Below, one piece after another: positions 42,746 to 64,000 of a stretch of DNA of 64,000 nt. Location of the stretch: the NCBI RefSeq assembly GCF_009914755.1, contig NC_060931.1; one strand, given 5' to 3'. Within the stretch, counting starts at the first letter, position 1. Every line of letters begins with the position of its first letter. The notes under the pieces are model-generated. The model ran no database searches, had not been told where the DNA came from, and saw only the letters and a list, made by a program, of their open reading frames with translations. Origin of the DNA: the human T2T-CHM13v2.0 reference genome, Homo sapiens. A program made the position numbers and the translations under genes.

Positions 42746-45700
42746 TGCTTAGAAAACCAACAAAAATGAGGTACCAAAAGAAGTAAGAGGATTTTTTTTT
42801 AAGGCATCTGATGTAGTTTTTGAAGCCATGAGTAACAATGAGAATTTTTGCTGGTATTCTATTAGTTTGCATTTCAGTATTGTCATTTTCCATTTTGCTA
42901 GGAAGAGAAAAGACACACCATAATCTTTTCAGTGCACTGGGCTTCTAAGAAACTTAATCAGAACCTGACGGATCATCTCTGAATACCATAGTTTCAGAAT
43001 ATTAACAAAAGTCATAATAACTGTGAATTATTTTTGCAAAGTACGTATCACTAGAACCAAGATGTTTAAGTAGAAATTTTGAAACCTAAGAGACCACATC
43101 ACTGTCATCTTCTTGGTCAATACTTGAACCAGGCAAAAAAAAAACCAACACTTCCTTTGAAATCTCATGAAGGAAAGCAGTGAGGAGTCTTCTACCCTTG
43201 AAGCAGCAGGATGTACTCCACCTGAACAAAGAAAAAACAGTCATGAAGAAAAAACATGTTGGCTAACTGCTATCCTCTCGTTGGCAAGATGCCACCTTCA
43301 GTTGGAAAAGCATTTAACCGAAACACTCATTTACAAATATCTTTATCTGCAATCCATTTTAATGCTGTATACATCTCTAACTTAAGTGGAGAATAACTTT
43401 TAAAAAGAAAATGTCATAAATTTCTCAGAATTAAAAGTAAAACACTATTACAAGAACATTTTTGTAGAAGAAAACAATACAAAGGAGGAGACATGGCTAA
43501 ATATGGGGGAAAAATGTTTAAACACAAACTTACAACTTGATTATAGATATGGAGACTCACACTTATGGAAAGCTGTCAAGTTATCCACAGAACTCTAGTT
43601 CTGAATAGAGAATACAATCCTTTTCCTCTTATTTTATAACTCTGGTGAAGAAAGAGACCGAATAGCAGGCAGGTGCAGCTAAACATGTCCTGGAAACACA
43701 AAGGCAGCTCAAAAGGAAGATTTAATTTAAGGGTCAGATTTTTTAACATACAAGAACTAATGAACTACCTTGAAGGGAGACTTAATTATGACTTTTCCCA
43801 ATACTGGGTGGGAGGGGAGGTAATCAAAGTAATTAATTTTTAGTGCTATTTTGGTACTCCTACTACTGAAAAATTTAGAAGTACAAATGCCATTCCATCT
43901 GCTGTGGTGGATACAAAGAGGCTTTTCTTCAAGCAAGAAAGCTTTATTATTAAAAAAGAAGAAGAAAAATTCTATGACGTTTTTAAAAGGATAAACATAC
44001 GATAACCCAAAAAGAAGTATAGAGAACCAATGTGTAATAAGTAAGTGTTTTGCTCTAGAACTTAGTCTGTTAAGCTGGTGAACAGAATCACTGACCAGCA
44101 GGAGAGAAAAGCCGGCTTGCACCCTCACAGCCCTTGCTGGCAGTGCCATCCATTTGTCATCTGACATGTGCTCTCTCTTATTTTTTCCAAACATTATTAA
44201 ACTCTCACCTTTAAAAACACTTCTGGAGAAAAATTAACAAAGATATACCTCTACAAAATCCTGACTACAATGCCCCACAGCTGTTAAAAAATATTAGTAA
44301 ATATGACTTCCTACAGAATCCAGGTAAGTTTATGTTAAAAGTGTATAAGTGGTAAGACTGTGGGTGGGGTTTTTTCCCCCTTATTTCCACATTTTTGAAT
44401 TTCCTAAGTTTAACTTTAAGTATATATTTTATAATCAGAAATAACATACGCTTTATCTTTTATAATCATCATAGTAACTTAACAGTGAAGTGGGATATAC
44501 AATGGTGATGAACAGTATGAGCTTTGGTACATTACTTGGACTCAAAAGATAGCTCCTGAAATTCAAATTACTTTCTATCTCTAATTCTGGATTCCATCAT
44601 GTATCTCCTAAGATTGTGGTGAGGTTAACACAAAATAACATATGCGAAAGTATTTTTGCAAAGTGCTTGGCAAAATGGGAGAACTTAGTAATATTAACTG
44701 ATAGCTTTACTACTATAGTTATGGGTTCGTCACCCAAATATACCCCAAAATTAGCAGTTTAGTGTTAGAGTTTTTGCTGCTCTACCTGGAGGTCCTAACA
44801 GTTTACATTGTTTTCATGGAAAAGTTTGCACTAAGGGGAATTTCAAAAACATGCTGGAAACAAACTCTGACCTTATTTTGCCAACAACCAACTGTAAAAC
44901 AGACTGAGTTGGCACCTGAATATTTCTTCTGCTCTCCCTTCTCTTATGCTACCTCCCAAGCATTGAAAAGATTATGTTCTCTGAGCACTCTAGAAAACCC
45001 ATTCTTGAGCAGGCTGGATGTGTTTATGTGCAAAAATGTTCAGGCAGTTGTTATTTATAAAAATTGGAAAGCCCTGTATATTAGAACTCTTATTTAGGGC
45101 AACCAACAGAGGGAGGGGATTTCCTTAAAGAATGATGGGCATGTACTCATTTTCATATAATTGTATGGACTTTAATATAACCTTCATTCTCATGACTACC
45201 AAGAAACTATAATCCAAAATTCTTATGGTAGTACTACTTTTCCAATTGGCAAGACCACTTCTGCAGTTCCTAAAGCACCCGACACCTAAAGCTTTAATGT
45301 ATCACAAGGTGGAAAGTGGTTTCTGCTTATTCAACTAAAGATTCTTTTCCTACAGAGAGCTATGAGACTATTTTACCATTTTGTCTAATTCAATCTACAT
45401 AGTAGCTTATTAAGAGGATATTGTCAGCCACAGTATCACAGTTTCATAATTAACATAAGTACTTAGATTACTTAAAACTCCACGAAAACTAAACAGGATT
45501 TCTCTCTCTGTAATCTTTCATCCTGGTTGGAGCCGTCATCATTTCTGGCCCCTACTAGGTCTCCTACCCCTCATACTTTCCTAATCCTCAACCCACACCA
45601 CTGCAGAATCCTGCTTAGGGCCCTTCAGTGCTGCTTCATTTCCTATGGCCCCAGTCCTTTGCTTCGATGTGCTTGTGATCACTCCCCTATAAAAATACAG

Positions 45701-47054
45701 TGGGAGTTATGGACCATAATGTCTCCAAAAAAAGTGCACACAAACTTTGCATACACTCACAAGAATACTATTTACTTAATGCTCTTAAAATTCCAAACAT
45801 AAGCAACAAAACTCAATCTTTAATTTCAAAAAGGAATTAAAAACTTCTTCAGGCAAGTCTATAAATATTTGCTGAAGGTTACAAGAAAAAAAAAAAAGCT
45901 CATTTTACCTAAAAGAAAAAAAATACATTAAAAGTACAGACAATATGTCCATTTTTCTTTAAGGAATCTACAAACTTCAGAATGATAAACTTTCCCAGTC
46001 ACTAAACATTTCATTTTATGGGAGCCTTCATCATTAAAGTATCCTAGGATAGTTATTCAGCTAAAGGCCTTGAAAATTCAATTCATCAGCATTTTGTGTA
46101 TATTTTAGCATATACATGTGTATCTACACATACACATGAGTATCTGCATTAAGGCTCTATCCTTAATTAGCCATTCAGAAAGCCAGAACTGCAAAAACAT
46201 GCCAGAAACCAGAACCCCATCTTTTACAAAAACACCAATCTGTGGCAAACCACCAAAAATACCTAGTGAACAACTATCATGAAAGCATGCTGACCCAGAG
46301 TGGCCAAATAGTCACATTTTTTTTCAGACTATGGAAACCATAGAGACTTTCATGTAAAATATCTCCAATTTTAAAGCACTGTCAACCACATGATCACATC
46401 TACAGAAGTGATCCAGCCCACATCCACCAGTTTGCCTCCTGTGACATTATAGATCTTACTTATCCATTCTGCAGACAGATACTGGTGCCAACCCTGGGCC
46501 ACACACTCTGTTACACAAGCATAAACAAGAAGTCTCAGTTTATGTCCCTGAGGGGCTCATAAGCCAGTAGAGGAGAAAAAAATCACACAGACATAATGCC
46601 ATAAGCACTGTGGTCTGCACAATGACAGAGGTAGGCAAAGGAACTCCTCACGCATGGGGGAGAAGGAGTCAGGGAAATCCTCCCTCTGGGGGTGAGATCT
46701 GATATGAGTCCTAGTAGGTCTAAGCCAAACAGAAAGGAAAACACAGAGGCGCCAGGCTGCAGCAGAGAAAACATGGAACACAAAGGTGTAAGGCTAGGGA
46801 GATGAGCCTGGGAGGAATACTGCTGAGTCTAAGACCCCATGAGGTACTGGAAAGGGGAACAGCTGAACCAACTGAAGTTCAGGGAACAGGGAGAGACTGA
46901 AGACAAACATAGGTAGCAGATAAAACCATAATAATGGATCACACATCAGTGCACAGAACGCAGCAAGGCTAGTAAATGCATTCAGAATTGTAATATTTTA
47001 GTAAAATGTTCTCTTTACTAAAGAAATATTAAATGTAAAAAATATGAAAAAATA

Positions 47055-47320
47055 GGCTGGGCGTGGTGGCTCACCTGAGCTCAGGAGTTCAAGACCAGCC
47101 TGGGCAACATGGCAAAACTCCATGTCTACCAAAAATATAAAACTTTAGCAGGGCATGGTGGCACACTCCTGTAGTTCCAGCTACTCGAGAGACTAAGGAG
47201 AGAGGATTGTTTGAGCCTAGGAGGCAGAGGTTGTAGAAGCCGAGATCGCGCCACTGCACTCCAGCCCGGGTTAACATAGTGAGACCTTGTCTCAAAATAA
47301 ATAAATAAATAAATAAATAA
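47055..47320 (+). mobile_element. Alu with internal deletion and (TAAA)n tail
   Basis: Alu consensus. Confidence 0.85.
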
Positions 47321-47704
47321 AATGAAAGTCACATACAAAGAAGAAAATTTTGGATCACCCATAATCCTACACTACTGCTATATATTTCTTTTCCATCTAG
47401 AACTCTCCAATGACATTCTTTTCCCCAATCTTTATTCTACTTATTTTTCCTTTGATCCTAGTTTTTGGCATATCTATTATAAGTCTACTCAAACTTTTTG
47501 TGGAATGAAATGGAGCATTAAAAAACTAAGTTATGTCTCAATTTTAAAAGCCAAATCCACCCTTCCACAAATACACAATATTAACGTCAATTGCTTCAGA
47601 CTTTTTACACCCTTTCCATCAGACAACCCACAATCTAGGAGGGGCTCGGTTGTGCACATAGTACAACCGTCCTTAACCGCTTAGTTGACTAAAAACTGTA
47701 ATAA

Positions 47705-49210
<1,506 letters not shown>

Positions 49211-49469
49211 AATCTCAGCCCTGCACCTCAGATGCAATTTTAATGGAGCGCCTGCTGGCTGCAGATAAAATCGTATGTATCAACAAATATAATAAAACCC
49301 AAACATTCCTGAATCCATAAGTCACTTAATTCTTTTCATCTTTTTGGAAGCCAGTAAATCAACTATTTTCAATGTGCTAAGCAAAAGGAAAGAATCAAGC
49401 ATGCATCCTGACTTTCCCTCACAAACTCAACCTGAAGTATACAAACAGTTGATATGGGAATATTTATCT

Positions 49470-51780
<2,311 letters not shown>

Positions 51781-52679
51781 AGAAAACTTATAAAGGAGCC
51801 TAGAATGATTCACACCAAAATATTATCAAAGCCCTAGCCACTGAAAGTCAAGTATTTTTTCCATTTTATACTCTTCTGGAAATTTTTATTTTACTGCAAA
51901 AGACCTGAATTAATCTAACAACTGGGAAAATAAAATATCACACACATGCCACTAGCTAAACTGACTATAAGAATTTTAATAATACTAACTCTATTAAAAA
52001 CTAGTTTGAGATGCTGGGCAATTCATTTAAGCTCTCTGGACCTGTTTCTTAACAGAAAAAAATCAGAAGCTGAACTAGATAAGTGGTTTTCAAACTGTGA
52101 AATCATACATGTAAAGTGCTTAATACAAGACCTGGCACAGAGTGAACACTAATGCACACTAACGCTGTGTATTACTACTAACCAAGGACTTGCTGCCAGG
52201 CAAACATGAGAATTCTGGGCCCATGACTCTCATTTCAACCTTTCAACCACTTGGCTTTTATGCTTCAAATATTGGACTCTGGATACAATTTCAATTAAAG
52301 AAAAGGTTCCACTGTTTTAAAACAACTTGACTAGATAATCCCTAAAGTCACTTATAACATAATATCAAGCTAAATATTACACACGTGTGTTCTCATTCCT
52401 TTGGCAAGTCCAGATATACCCCCAACGAACAAATATTCATGGTGAACAAACAATAAAAATCTGGATAAGTTGTATTTGACATGATTCTAATATAATGCAT
52501 AATAAATTTTTGTTAATTCTGAGATTCTATGATGGTTTTCCTCCTAACCCTCTTTCAAAGTATAGGTATTGGTCATTAAAAATTTTCTGTAGTTACTACC
52601 TGTTTAGTATTATGAAACTCCCAGCCTTTTTATAGAAAGCAAAAAGGTGTACACTAAACGAAAAGACATCTTTAGGTAA

Positions 52680-52954
<275 letters not shown>

Positions 52955-53731
52955 TGAAGAAAATACCTCTCAAATTACTGTGCATTAAGGCCTAGGAAAT
53001 AGCATTAACTTCGGTAGTATATTCACCACTCAATCAAGACACTCTCAAGGCCGCTTATAAAGCCTGGTATCTACTCACTTACACTACTTTACCTCCAAGC
53101 TAAGTAAGCACTTCAACAGCAAACTAGCACTAACAATTCTAAAAACCAGGGAGCCCACCAGATAAACTACATTCCTGACTTGTAACTCTGACAATATTTT
53201 TTCCATGACTTTAATTTTACAAATTAGATCAAAGATAAACAGTTTATCTGCTGTTTCCATGACCATCTTTCTAATGAGGAATTCCTACTGTTCTAATTAG
53301 AAAAGGTTAATGATAAGGTTAAAGATAAGAAACTAATGCAAGGACACAAGAGATACAAGGATAGGACAAAGTTACTCTGACCTTTGGATTAGCCTCTTCT
53401 CACTCCAGGATCAGTTACATCCATGTGGAGGCAAGCATGGCCTAGGGAAGACTAGTTCCCGCCCACTGGCCATACTTACTAGGTTCTATGACCTTAGGCA
53501 AGCTATTCTAACCCTCAAGACCTGTTTATCTCATTTGCAAAAAGGGGACAACAATATCTAGTGTACATGACAGTTATGAGGCTTAAGTGAGACTGAATAG
53601 GAATGTCATAAACATCTGTTCCCTCTCCCACTCCTTTATACCTGAAAATCAGACTCTCATTTGATTCTCTTTTTTCCTGAGGGGAAGAAGAGCAGCCAAA
53701 GCAACTCCCAGTGTTAATGTTTATACCTTCC

Positions 53732-55215
<1,484 letters not shown>

Positions 55216-56237
55216 GTTTATACCATTACCAAATTCCTTAATACAGGCTATTTGGGTAAACAGAAATGTCACTCAGTACTCATTTTATGTTCTTTCCGTC
55301 ACACACTTAAGAGCAAATAACTTCACTGTCAATATTCTAGCTTAATCAACCTTTTTTGAAACACGCTTCTCACCATCCCCTTTGAGAATATGAGTAAGGT
55401 ACCAATTCTCCAGAAAACTCTTGCACACTGCAGAATTCATGCAAGTTCTGAGTCCAAGGACTCTGTCCTTTGGTCTATTCCACTAGACACTGGTATAAAA
55501 TCCTGGTAATAGCAGCGAGGTATCAGTATTTTACATATCCAGTTTTTAACCACTGTATTCCAAAGAATAGAGAGTCACAAATCAAATGATGACAAGCCGA
55601 CCTATAAAACATAATTTACATGAATGAGTAAAATTCATGTTTTAAAACAAAACCCAAGCAATATTTTCAAGTAAAACAAGAATCACATCTCAGCTAAAAT
55701 AAAAACAAATCCAAAAGGGTGAAAATTAAATCTGTTGCATCTTTTAAAACTGCTTAATTCACTCAATATTTCAAAATTAATTTGGAAATCACAGCTAAGA
55801 AAAACATATGTTCACAGATCTAATTTCTGTGAAAATGTAACACACTATTTTTAAATTCTACACGTTAATCAAGGAATCACAGTTTTTCATCACTGCAAAC
55901 GTCCTTTTCAATATGGCCTGAGTTATAATCAAAATGGAATAATCTACTACCATAGGTTCGTTTCTAAGAATAGAAGAGTTTAAGTATACAGCCCTCCATT
56001 TATGGTTTTGTGAATTTTTTTTAACATTATCAAGGCTAAAAATTACCTTCCTCTTTGTTCCTTCTACATTCTTGAAAGCTTACTTAAGAAACATACTGGT
56101 GATTAACAATTTTTAGTTTTTATTTTCAACATCCACTCTTAAATTTAATGCACTTGCGGCGGGGGGGGGGGGGCGGCGGTGGATGGCAGGGGGAGAATAT
56201 AAGCCCCTTTAAACACTTTTTTTCTAGTTACTTTTCC

Positions 56238-56674
56238 GGTTAAAGGAAACTAAATATGGCCTGAGAAGGACTCCGTACTTCAATATTTAAGTCCTTGTGG
56301 AGGATCCATAAGCTAACAGGTAGACAAGATTGAAAAACGTAACTATGGGTATGCGCCTGTAAATACAGCTGAGTCCTGGCAAATTCCAGCAGCCGTACTT
56401 TAACCATTCATACACTGCTGAGTGTTCAAACTGTGTTCAGCTAAGGCAAATGCTGACCTGTAACCAACCTGACTGTTTCTGTACCTCACTTCCGAGTTCT
56501 GGACATCACTTCCCCCCCTTTTTTTTTTTTTTTGTCTATAAATCTTCTTCCACCACATAGCTGCACTGCAGTCTCTGAATCTCCCGTGATTCTTGGGGCT
56601 GCCCGACTCGCGAATTGTTCACTGCTCAATTAAACTCCTTTAAATTTAATTCAGCTGAAGTTTTTCTGTTAACA
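56238..56674 (+). mobile_element. MER57-type ERV1 solo LTR
   Basis: aaactaaatatggcctgagaaggactccgtacttc start, TATA tataaat, attaaa poly-A signal, ends ttaaca; 4-bp TSD ttcc. Confidence 0.8.
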
Positions 56675-57377
56675 TTCCAAATAATAACATTCCAAATAAT
56701 AAAATGGTCTTTCCACCAATCCACTTTATTAAATCTTCACACAGTTACATTTTCTCTTCAGGTGCATTGTCTACAGGTTGATTTTGCTATATATTTAAGG
56801 CAAATAATAAAGCAACATCTATACTTTTAAAAAATCAGTGACACATACACACATTCTGTTTCTCTCACAATCACACAAACACCCACGCATATCCCTAACA
56901 AGGTACAAGAATAAACCTTGGAAGATTCATATTTTGCTCAGCACCTCTCACCTTAATTCCTCTAATACAAAAATTTTACCAGTTTAATCATTTGGAAGAG
57001 GAAAAGAGGAACTACATCTTCAAAATGGACACAATTTATGTGAAACAAAATATGGAGAAAACTTATCTATAAAATTTCTTCAGTGTTTTTCAGTTTAAAA
57101 ACACATCAATAATTACCTTGAGAATAAGTTAAAGTACACATTTTCAGAAACAGCAACCAGTAAGCTCATTTCCACAGTACTCAAAACCAAGAGGCAAACT
57201 AAATACATCTTGTAAGGCGACCCATAAAAATAAAAATAAAATCAGTAATAATTTAGCCATTTAGTTTCAAAGTTATAGTTATAAAGCTAATTTTGCATTC
57301 AAGTGACAAAACCCTATCTACCATCAAAAACCAAACTGTGGCCAAAGACCTTCATATACAGCTTTTCCTTTTTTTAA

Positions 57378-57503
57378 CCCATTTATGCCGAAGGTTGCAA
57401 ACTTTTTTTGTGAAAAATCAGACCTTGGCAATGACCTGGAGCAGGATATAAATAACTCCCACAAGCTTAGTGTTCCAATAATGGAACACTAGGCACAACT
57501 GGG
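57378..57503 (-). mobile_element. MER85 (piggyBac/PGBD3-derived MITE)
   Basis: TTAA TSD at both sides, TIR cccatttatgcc / ggcacaactggg, internal palindrome gttccaataatggaac. Confidence 0.88.
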
Positions 57504-57507
57504 TTAA

Positions 57508-57790
57508 TGAGACAAGGTCTTGCTCTGTTGCCCAGGCTGGAATGGCGGTGTGATCATAGCTCACTGTTGCCCTAAACTTCCAGGCCCATGCAATCCCTCT
57601 GCCTCAGCCTCCTGAGTAGGTAGGACTACAGGCAGGTACTACCACACTCAGCTAGTTTTTAAAATTTTTTTGAAGAGACAAGGTCTTGCTATGTTGTACA
57701 GGCTCATCTCAAACTCCTGACCCCAAGTGATCTTCCCACCTCAGCCTCCCAAAGCGCTGGGATTGCAGATGTGAGTCACTGCACCTGGCC
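57508..57790 (-). mobile_element. AluJ
   Basis: Diverged antisense Alu whose tail is split by the MER85. Confidence 0.85.
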
Positions 57791-57809
57791 CATATACAGT
57801 TCTTAAAAG

Positions 57810-59418
57810 TGAATTCCAGATAAACAGATATACACATGCACAGCAATAACAGTCTGCACATGAAGACCACTCAATGCGGAAAGAACAGACTATTCAACAA
57901 ATGGTGCTAAGACAACTGGGTATCCACATGCAGAAAAATGAGGCTGGACCCCTTCCTCCTCGTACCTTATACAAAAATAAACTTAAAATCGACAAACAAC
58001 CTACATAAGAGCTGAAATCATAAAACTCTTAGAAGATAACATACAGGTAAATCTTCATGACCTTGGGTATGACAACAGATTCTTAGATATAACACCAAAA
58101 AAGCACATACAACAAAAGAAAAAACTGTAAAATGAACTTCAAAATTAAAAACTTTTCTGCATCAAATGACATTATCAGGAAAATGAAAAGACAACCTGCA
58201 GAATGGAAGAAAATATTAACAAATCTGATAGGGATCTAGTACCTGGAATATATACAACAACAAAAATAAACTACTTGATTATAAAATGAGCGAAAGATTT
58301 TAATAGAATCTCTCAAATAAAATATACAAAAGGTCAACAAGAATATGAAAAGATGCTCAACATCATTCATAAGGAGAATGCAAATAAAAACGAGGCACAA
58401 CTTCACACCCACAAGGATGGCTAATGATAAAAAGTTAAAAACAACAACAACAACTAACAAGTACTGGAAAATATGTGGAGAAATTGAAATCCTTGTACAC
58501 TGCTGGTGGGAATATAAAATGGTATCTTTTCTATGAAAACTGGAGATTTCTCAAAAAGTTAAACATAGAATTACCATACAACTCAGCAATTCCACTCATA
58601 GGTAGAAACCCAAAAGAAGTGAAAACTAGTACTTCAAATAATATGTACACCCATGATCACAGCAGCATTATCCACAATAGCCAAAAAGTGAAAACAACCC
58701 AAATGTCTACCAACAAATGAATGGATGAACAAATCCTGGTGTATAGATACAATGAAATACTATGTAGCCATAAAAAGGAATGGAATGTTGGGCCAGGCAC
58801 AGTGGCTCACAGCTGTAATCCCAGGACTCTGGGAGGCCGAGGCGGACAGATCACTTGAGGTCAGGAGTTGGAGACCCGCCTGGCCAACATGTTGTGGAAT
58901 CCCACCTCTACTAAAAATCCAAAAATTAGCCGGGCATAGGGGCATGTGCCTGGGGTCCTAGTGACTCAGGAGGCTGAAGCAGGAGAATCGTTTGAAGCCA
59001 AGAGGTGGAGGCTGCAGTGCACCGAGATCGTGACACGGCACTTCAGCCTGGGCGACAGAGTGAGACTTGAATGTTGATCCATGCTGCAATATGGATGAAC
59101 CTCAGAAACGTCATGCAAAGTGAAAGAAGCCAGACACAAAAGGTCATGTGTTATATAATTGCATTTACATGAAATATCTAGAATAGGTAAATCAACACAG
59201 ACAAAAATGCATACTGGCTCCCAGGAGTTGGGGGAGGGGGAAATAGGGAGCAGCTGCTTAATGGGTAGAGTTTCTTACTGGGGTGACAAAACATCTTGGA
59301 ACTAGACAGAAGTGGTGGCTGCACAGCATTGCAAATGTATTAAATGCCACTGAACTGTTCACTTGTAAAATGGTGAATTTCATATTATGTGAATATAACC
59401 TCAATTAAAAAAAAAAAA
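57810..59418 (+). mobile_element. L1MB-type LINE 3' portion with an Alu at 58791-59068
   Basis: ORF2 remnants (MKRCSTSFIRRMQIKT..VHCWWEYKMV), 3'UTR and A tail at ~59408. Confidence 0.85.
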
Positions 59419-59512
59419 CAGTTTGCACAGATGTCTTATTAGCTAGTCTATACAATCTCCACTTCGGCCAAGGAATGCTCTCCACAGCTCCATGGTCCCC
59501 ACTAAAACTCTA

Positions 59513-61585
<2,073 letters not shown>

Positions 61586-62232
61586 TCAATAGTCCTATTT
61601 TTCCTATTGTAAAATCCACCATGCTAATTGCAGAAGGTATATTAGAAGTCAACTGGAGCCATTCATTATTAACAATCACTTAAGAGGCAGTTTCATTCAA
61701 GCAAGCTTTTATAAATCCCAACTGTATTCTCCCCCAGAAAGGCAGCAGTCAACATCCTTAAACATACTAACTTAATAATCAAGTGATCTAAGTCTTCACA
61801 CAAGTCAATGAAGAAAACATTTAACAAAATAGAATCAAAGAAAGCATTTTACCTCACCACTAAAGAGCACCTTTGAAACTAGTGGCTATGCTTTCAGAGA
61901 AGGGCTGTTAAAATAGCTAGGCTTACAATTATATAAAACACATTTCTCTAGCTCTTTAACAAGGTGTCACAAGCGATTATTACATGCCTTTGTGAAATTA
62001 AGAGCTGGTATGTATGGCTAAGGAACCCTGTTGATCCCTCTGTAAATGTCATGCAGTCCACATAAAGGAACCAAGAGACAGAAATGTCAAGACAAGTTCA
62101 CGTGCCATCCTAATGAGGAACTAAGACTAGAAACCAAGTCTTCAAAAAAAAAAAAAAAAAAATGATGTCCATTATTTAATGGCATCATTTTCCCCTAGTT
62201 TCTCAAGGCAAAAAAAAAAAAAAAAAAAGTTC

Positions 62233-62507
62233 AACTGGATACAGTGGCTCACACCTGTAATCTAAGTACTTTAGGAGGCTTAGGCAGGAGGATCGCTCCA
62301 GCCCAGGAGTTCAAGACAACATAGCGAGACCTCATGCCTACAAAAAGTTAAAAAATTAGTCAGGCACAGTAGCAGTAGTGCCTACCTGTAGTCACAGCTA
62401 CCTGGGATACTGATGCAGGGGGATCACCTGAGCCCAGGAGGTCAAGGGTGCAGTGAGCCTAGATCGCACAACTGCACTCCAGCCTAAACAAGAGAAGACC
62501 CTGTCTC
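62233..62507 (+). mobile_element. AluJ lacking an A tail
   Basis: J-type Alu ending gaccctgtctc directly joined to rRNA sequence. Confidence 0.85.
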
Positions 62508-62740
62508 TTTGGTGTATGTGCTTGGCTGAGAAGCCAACAGGGTGAAGCTACCATCTGTGGGACTACGACTGAAGGCTTCTTAAGTCAGAATCCTGCCCAG
62601 GCGGAAAAACAAGGCAATGCTGAGGGGCCTCGGATAGCCTTGGCTACCGGTCCCCTGCCGGCGGGACACTGCCCTACCGCACACGGGGACACGGGTCTGG
62701 TGCGGAGAGCCATCATCCTGGAAAACAAGGTGTGGCAGTA
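62508..62740 (+). pseudogene. 28S (LSU) rRNA 3'-region retro-fragment
   Basis: tttggtgtatgtgcttggctgag..gaagctaccatctgtggga..gactgaa..taagtcagaatcc.gcccaggcggaa..ggtgcggag matches the 3' domain of 28S rRNA, with CpG decay. Confidence 0.92.
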
Positions 62741-63436
62741 AAAAGTTTAAAAAGTCATCCTTGACTTTCCTCTTAATTCATACCCTATCATTAAATCCAA
62801 TCAACTCTACATTCAAAATAAGTCCTTAATCTGACCACCTCATCTCCTCTACTAAGACCACCTGGCCAAGCCACATTACAACCCACCAACTAGACTATTG
62901 CAACAGCATGCTCTCTAGTCTCCTAGCTTTCACTTTTACCACTCTATAATCCATTCCCCATATGGTGGCCAGAGTGACTTTTTAAAATTTGAAAGAAAGC
63001 TGCGGAAAGGCATAGTACAAAGAACTTTTTCATACTGCTTTGAAGTACATTATCTTCTCCATTATTTATAGTAATCCTGAGAAATAACTATAGCAAGTTT
63101 ACTTTCTTTTTCATGGATAGACAAGGCTCAGAGAAGTGCACTGATTTGCCCAATATTACACAGCGAATAATTGGCAAGATCATGACTGGCCTTCTAAATA
63201 CTATCAATTATGCCATTCAAGTCCCTCTGCATGTATGCCACTTATTAATCACCCTCATAAATCCTAACATCCTTTCAATGCCCAGAATTACAGTAATGTT
63301 TCAAAAGAACAGCTAGAGGTACAGAAACACTATGATTTTCAACCCGGCCTACAAATTTCTTTCCTGCTAAAAGCATAATGCATGCTCTGACTACAGGTCT
63401 ACCACATGGCAAGTGTTTTTGTAAAGAATTAAAGGT

Positions 63437-63745
<309 letters not shown>

Positions 63746-63789
63746 CAAGGTATAAGCAAAAGAGCCCCGATAATGAGCAATTTAGCAGC

Positions 63790-64000
63790 ATATTCCATGA
63801 GGCTGCAAGCTACAGCATGCCAGCTGTATTTGTTAGAACATATGGACCTACAAATGGCCTTTACATTTTTGTTTTAATGGTTGGGGAAAAAATCAATGGA
63901 ATATTTCATGACACCTAAAAATTCTTAGTTAATTCAAAGTTCTGTGTCCATAAACGAAGTTTGATTGGAACACAATCATGCTCATTTGTTTATCTATGGT
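63790..64000. mobile_element. MER58-like hAT-Charlie MITE (runs off the window)
   Basis: gtgtccataaa..ttgattggaacacaatcatgctcatttgttt. Confidence 0.6.

Noticed and set aside
43100-43240. Strong minus-strand acceptor (ttttttctttgttcag|G at 43221) as an extra SRPK2 exon
   Set aside because: No convincing paired donor or reading frame; needs RNA data
43757-44194. 145-aa minus-strand ORF in unique sequence
   Set aside because: No recognisable domain, poly-F composition from AT-rich DNA, no supporting exon structure
44209-44222. Possible 14-nt microexon ttttctccag|AAGTGTTTTTAAAG|gtgaga
   Set aside because: Not frame-preserving, and such pairs arise by chance in 64 kb
62508-62740. Functional rRNA gene
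   Set aside because: Short, diverged fragment with CpG decay and no rDNA context

Overview
Human/primate, Alu-dense (roughly 55 Alus, counted by eye) intronic DNA. I identify it as part of the 5' region of SRPK2, transcribed on the minus strand, from a short exon at 5488-5525(-) encoding MSVNSEKSSSSE(R), the N-terminus of one SRPK2 isoform. No long ORF in the track is a real gene: they are Alu, L1, low-complexity or pseudogene frames. A disabled RWDD4 processed pseudogene (37954-39574, +) sits inside an AluY, which sits inside a truncated L1PA. The window also holds a 28S rRNA retro-fragment, young AluYa5 and AluYb8 copies, solo LTRs, Tigger/Charlie/MADE1/MER85 DNA-transposon relics and old L1M pieces. 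I see no wholly new biological system. The best leads are three. First, a candidate second in-phase SRPK2 N-terminal exon (4895-4935, MEQSLHAVMVHAC-R) with MEF2/E-box/CArG-like motifs upstream. Second, a known exon that looks like a hybrid first/internal exon with downstream RBFOX sites. Third, tailless inserts in which an Alu is fused to foreign sequence: a copy of DNA 6.5 kb away (flanked by a target-site duplication, TSD) and a 28S rRNA piece. Repeat subfamilies and boundaries were called by eye from remembered consensus sequences and are approximate.
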